From contig CBDEFO010000008.1 in the NCBI GenBank assembly GCA_965237525.1, forward strand, positions 1,184,001-1,248,000: a DNA stretch of 64,000 bases, written 5' to 3'. Made by a program: the position numbers and the translations under genes. Origin of the DNA: Candidatus Latescibacterota bacterium. GTDB taxonomy: Bacteria; Latescibacterota; CBDEFO01. The notes under the pieces were generated by a model. It saw only the letters and a program-made list of their open reading frames with translations. It made no database searches and was not told the origin of the DNA. Positions 63,641 to 64,000 of the stretch are shown one piece after another (position 1 is the stretch's first letter; each line of letters begins with the position of its first letter).

Positions 63641-64000
63641 CTAATGTTTGCTGTCTGCTGCCTTTCTTGCGAGTATCTTCTGAGCAGTTCTCACTTCGGC
63701 AGAGTATCTTTCGTAGTCATATTCTTCCCAGTCTATTATCATGTGTTCTGCCAGGATGGGGTGGATCTCTCCGATTTTCGCGGCGATCTTCTGGGCCAAT
63801 CTCCTGTACGAACGATGGCCCGCCCTACCGCTTCTGAGCTCGCAAAGATGATATGCCTCCCTTAAGTGCATCTTCACCACCCATCGTATCCTGTACCCGA
63901 AAGCTACCGCGTACTGAGACTCTAAGGGGAGATCTACGGCAATTGTCTGCGCCGCTTGTGCGCTTTTTTCCATAGAGCGGTCGAAGCGCTCCTTGAATTT
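63641..64000 (-). CDS. thyX: FAD-dependent thymidylate synthase-like protein, C-terminal part
   Basis: QYAV.FGYR.RW...HLREAYHLCELRS...GH.SYR; frame open to the window end. Confidence 0.7.
   Translation of the reverse strand, partial: KFKERFDRSMEKSAQAAQTIAVDLPLESQYAVAFGYRIRWVVKMHLREAYHLCELRSGRAGHRSYRRLAQKIAAKIGEIHPILAEHMIIDWEEYDYERYSAEVRTAQKILARKAADSKH

Noticed and set aside
1..64000. tRNA or rRNA genes
   Set aside because: None recognised by eye; a tRNAscan/Rfam run would be needed to exclude them

Overview
Bacterial chromosomal window. FG-GAP, cohesin/dockerin and PNPFN-type C-terminal sorting domains suggest an FCB-related uncultured lineage such as Latescibacterota or KSB1 (inference). 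It has five parts. (i) A cell-envelope block: FG-GAP/cohesin/dockerin protein, GT2 and AmiC. (ii) A ~15 kb mosaic island (6800-~21870) with two near-identical IS1595-family elements. Each carries a different intact type II restriction-modification system at the same internal slot, plus a shared small terminal ORF. The island also holds a GC-rich TonB receptor flanked by higBA pieces and a decayed cytochrome c operon. (iii) A Ser/Thr signalling cluster (FHA proteins, kinase-FGE, PP2C, CHASE2 cyclase) interrupted by an IS110/IS1111-type element. Its downstream non-coding region contains guide-like matches to both element junctions, and it sits in a 7-bp host repeat. (iv) Antiporters, dapAB, a second FG-GAP paralog, an rve transposase with a large orphan gene, and IS1182. 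(v) A full N-methylglutamate (methylamine) gene set (glxBCD, four sox/mgd-like subunits, glnT/gmaS) interrupted by attC-like cassette remnants, followed by housekeeping genes. Many accessory genes carry single nonsense or frameshift lesions. All assignments are from motif recognition only; no searches were run.
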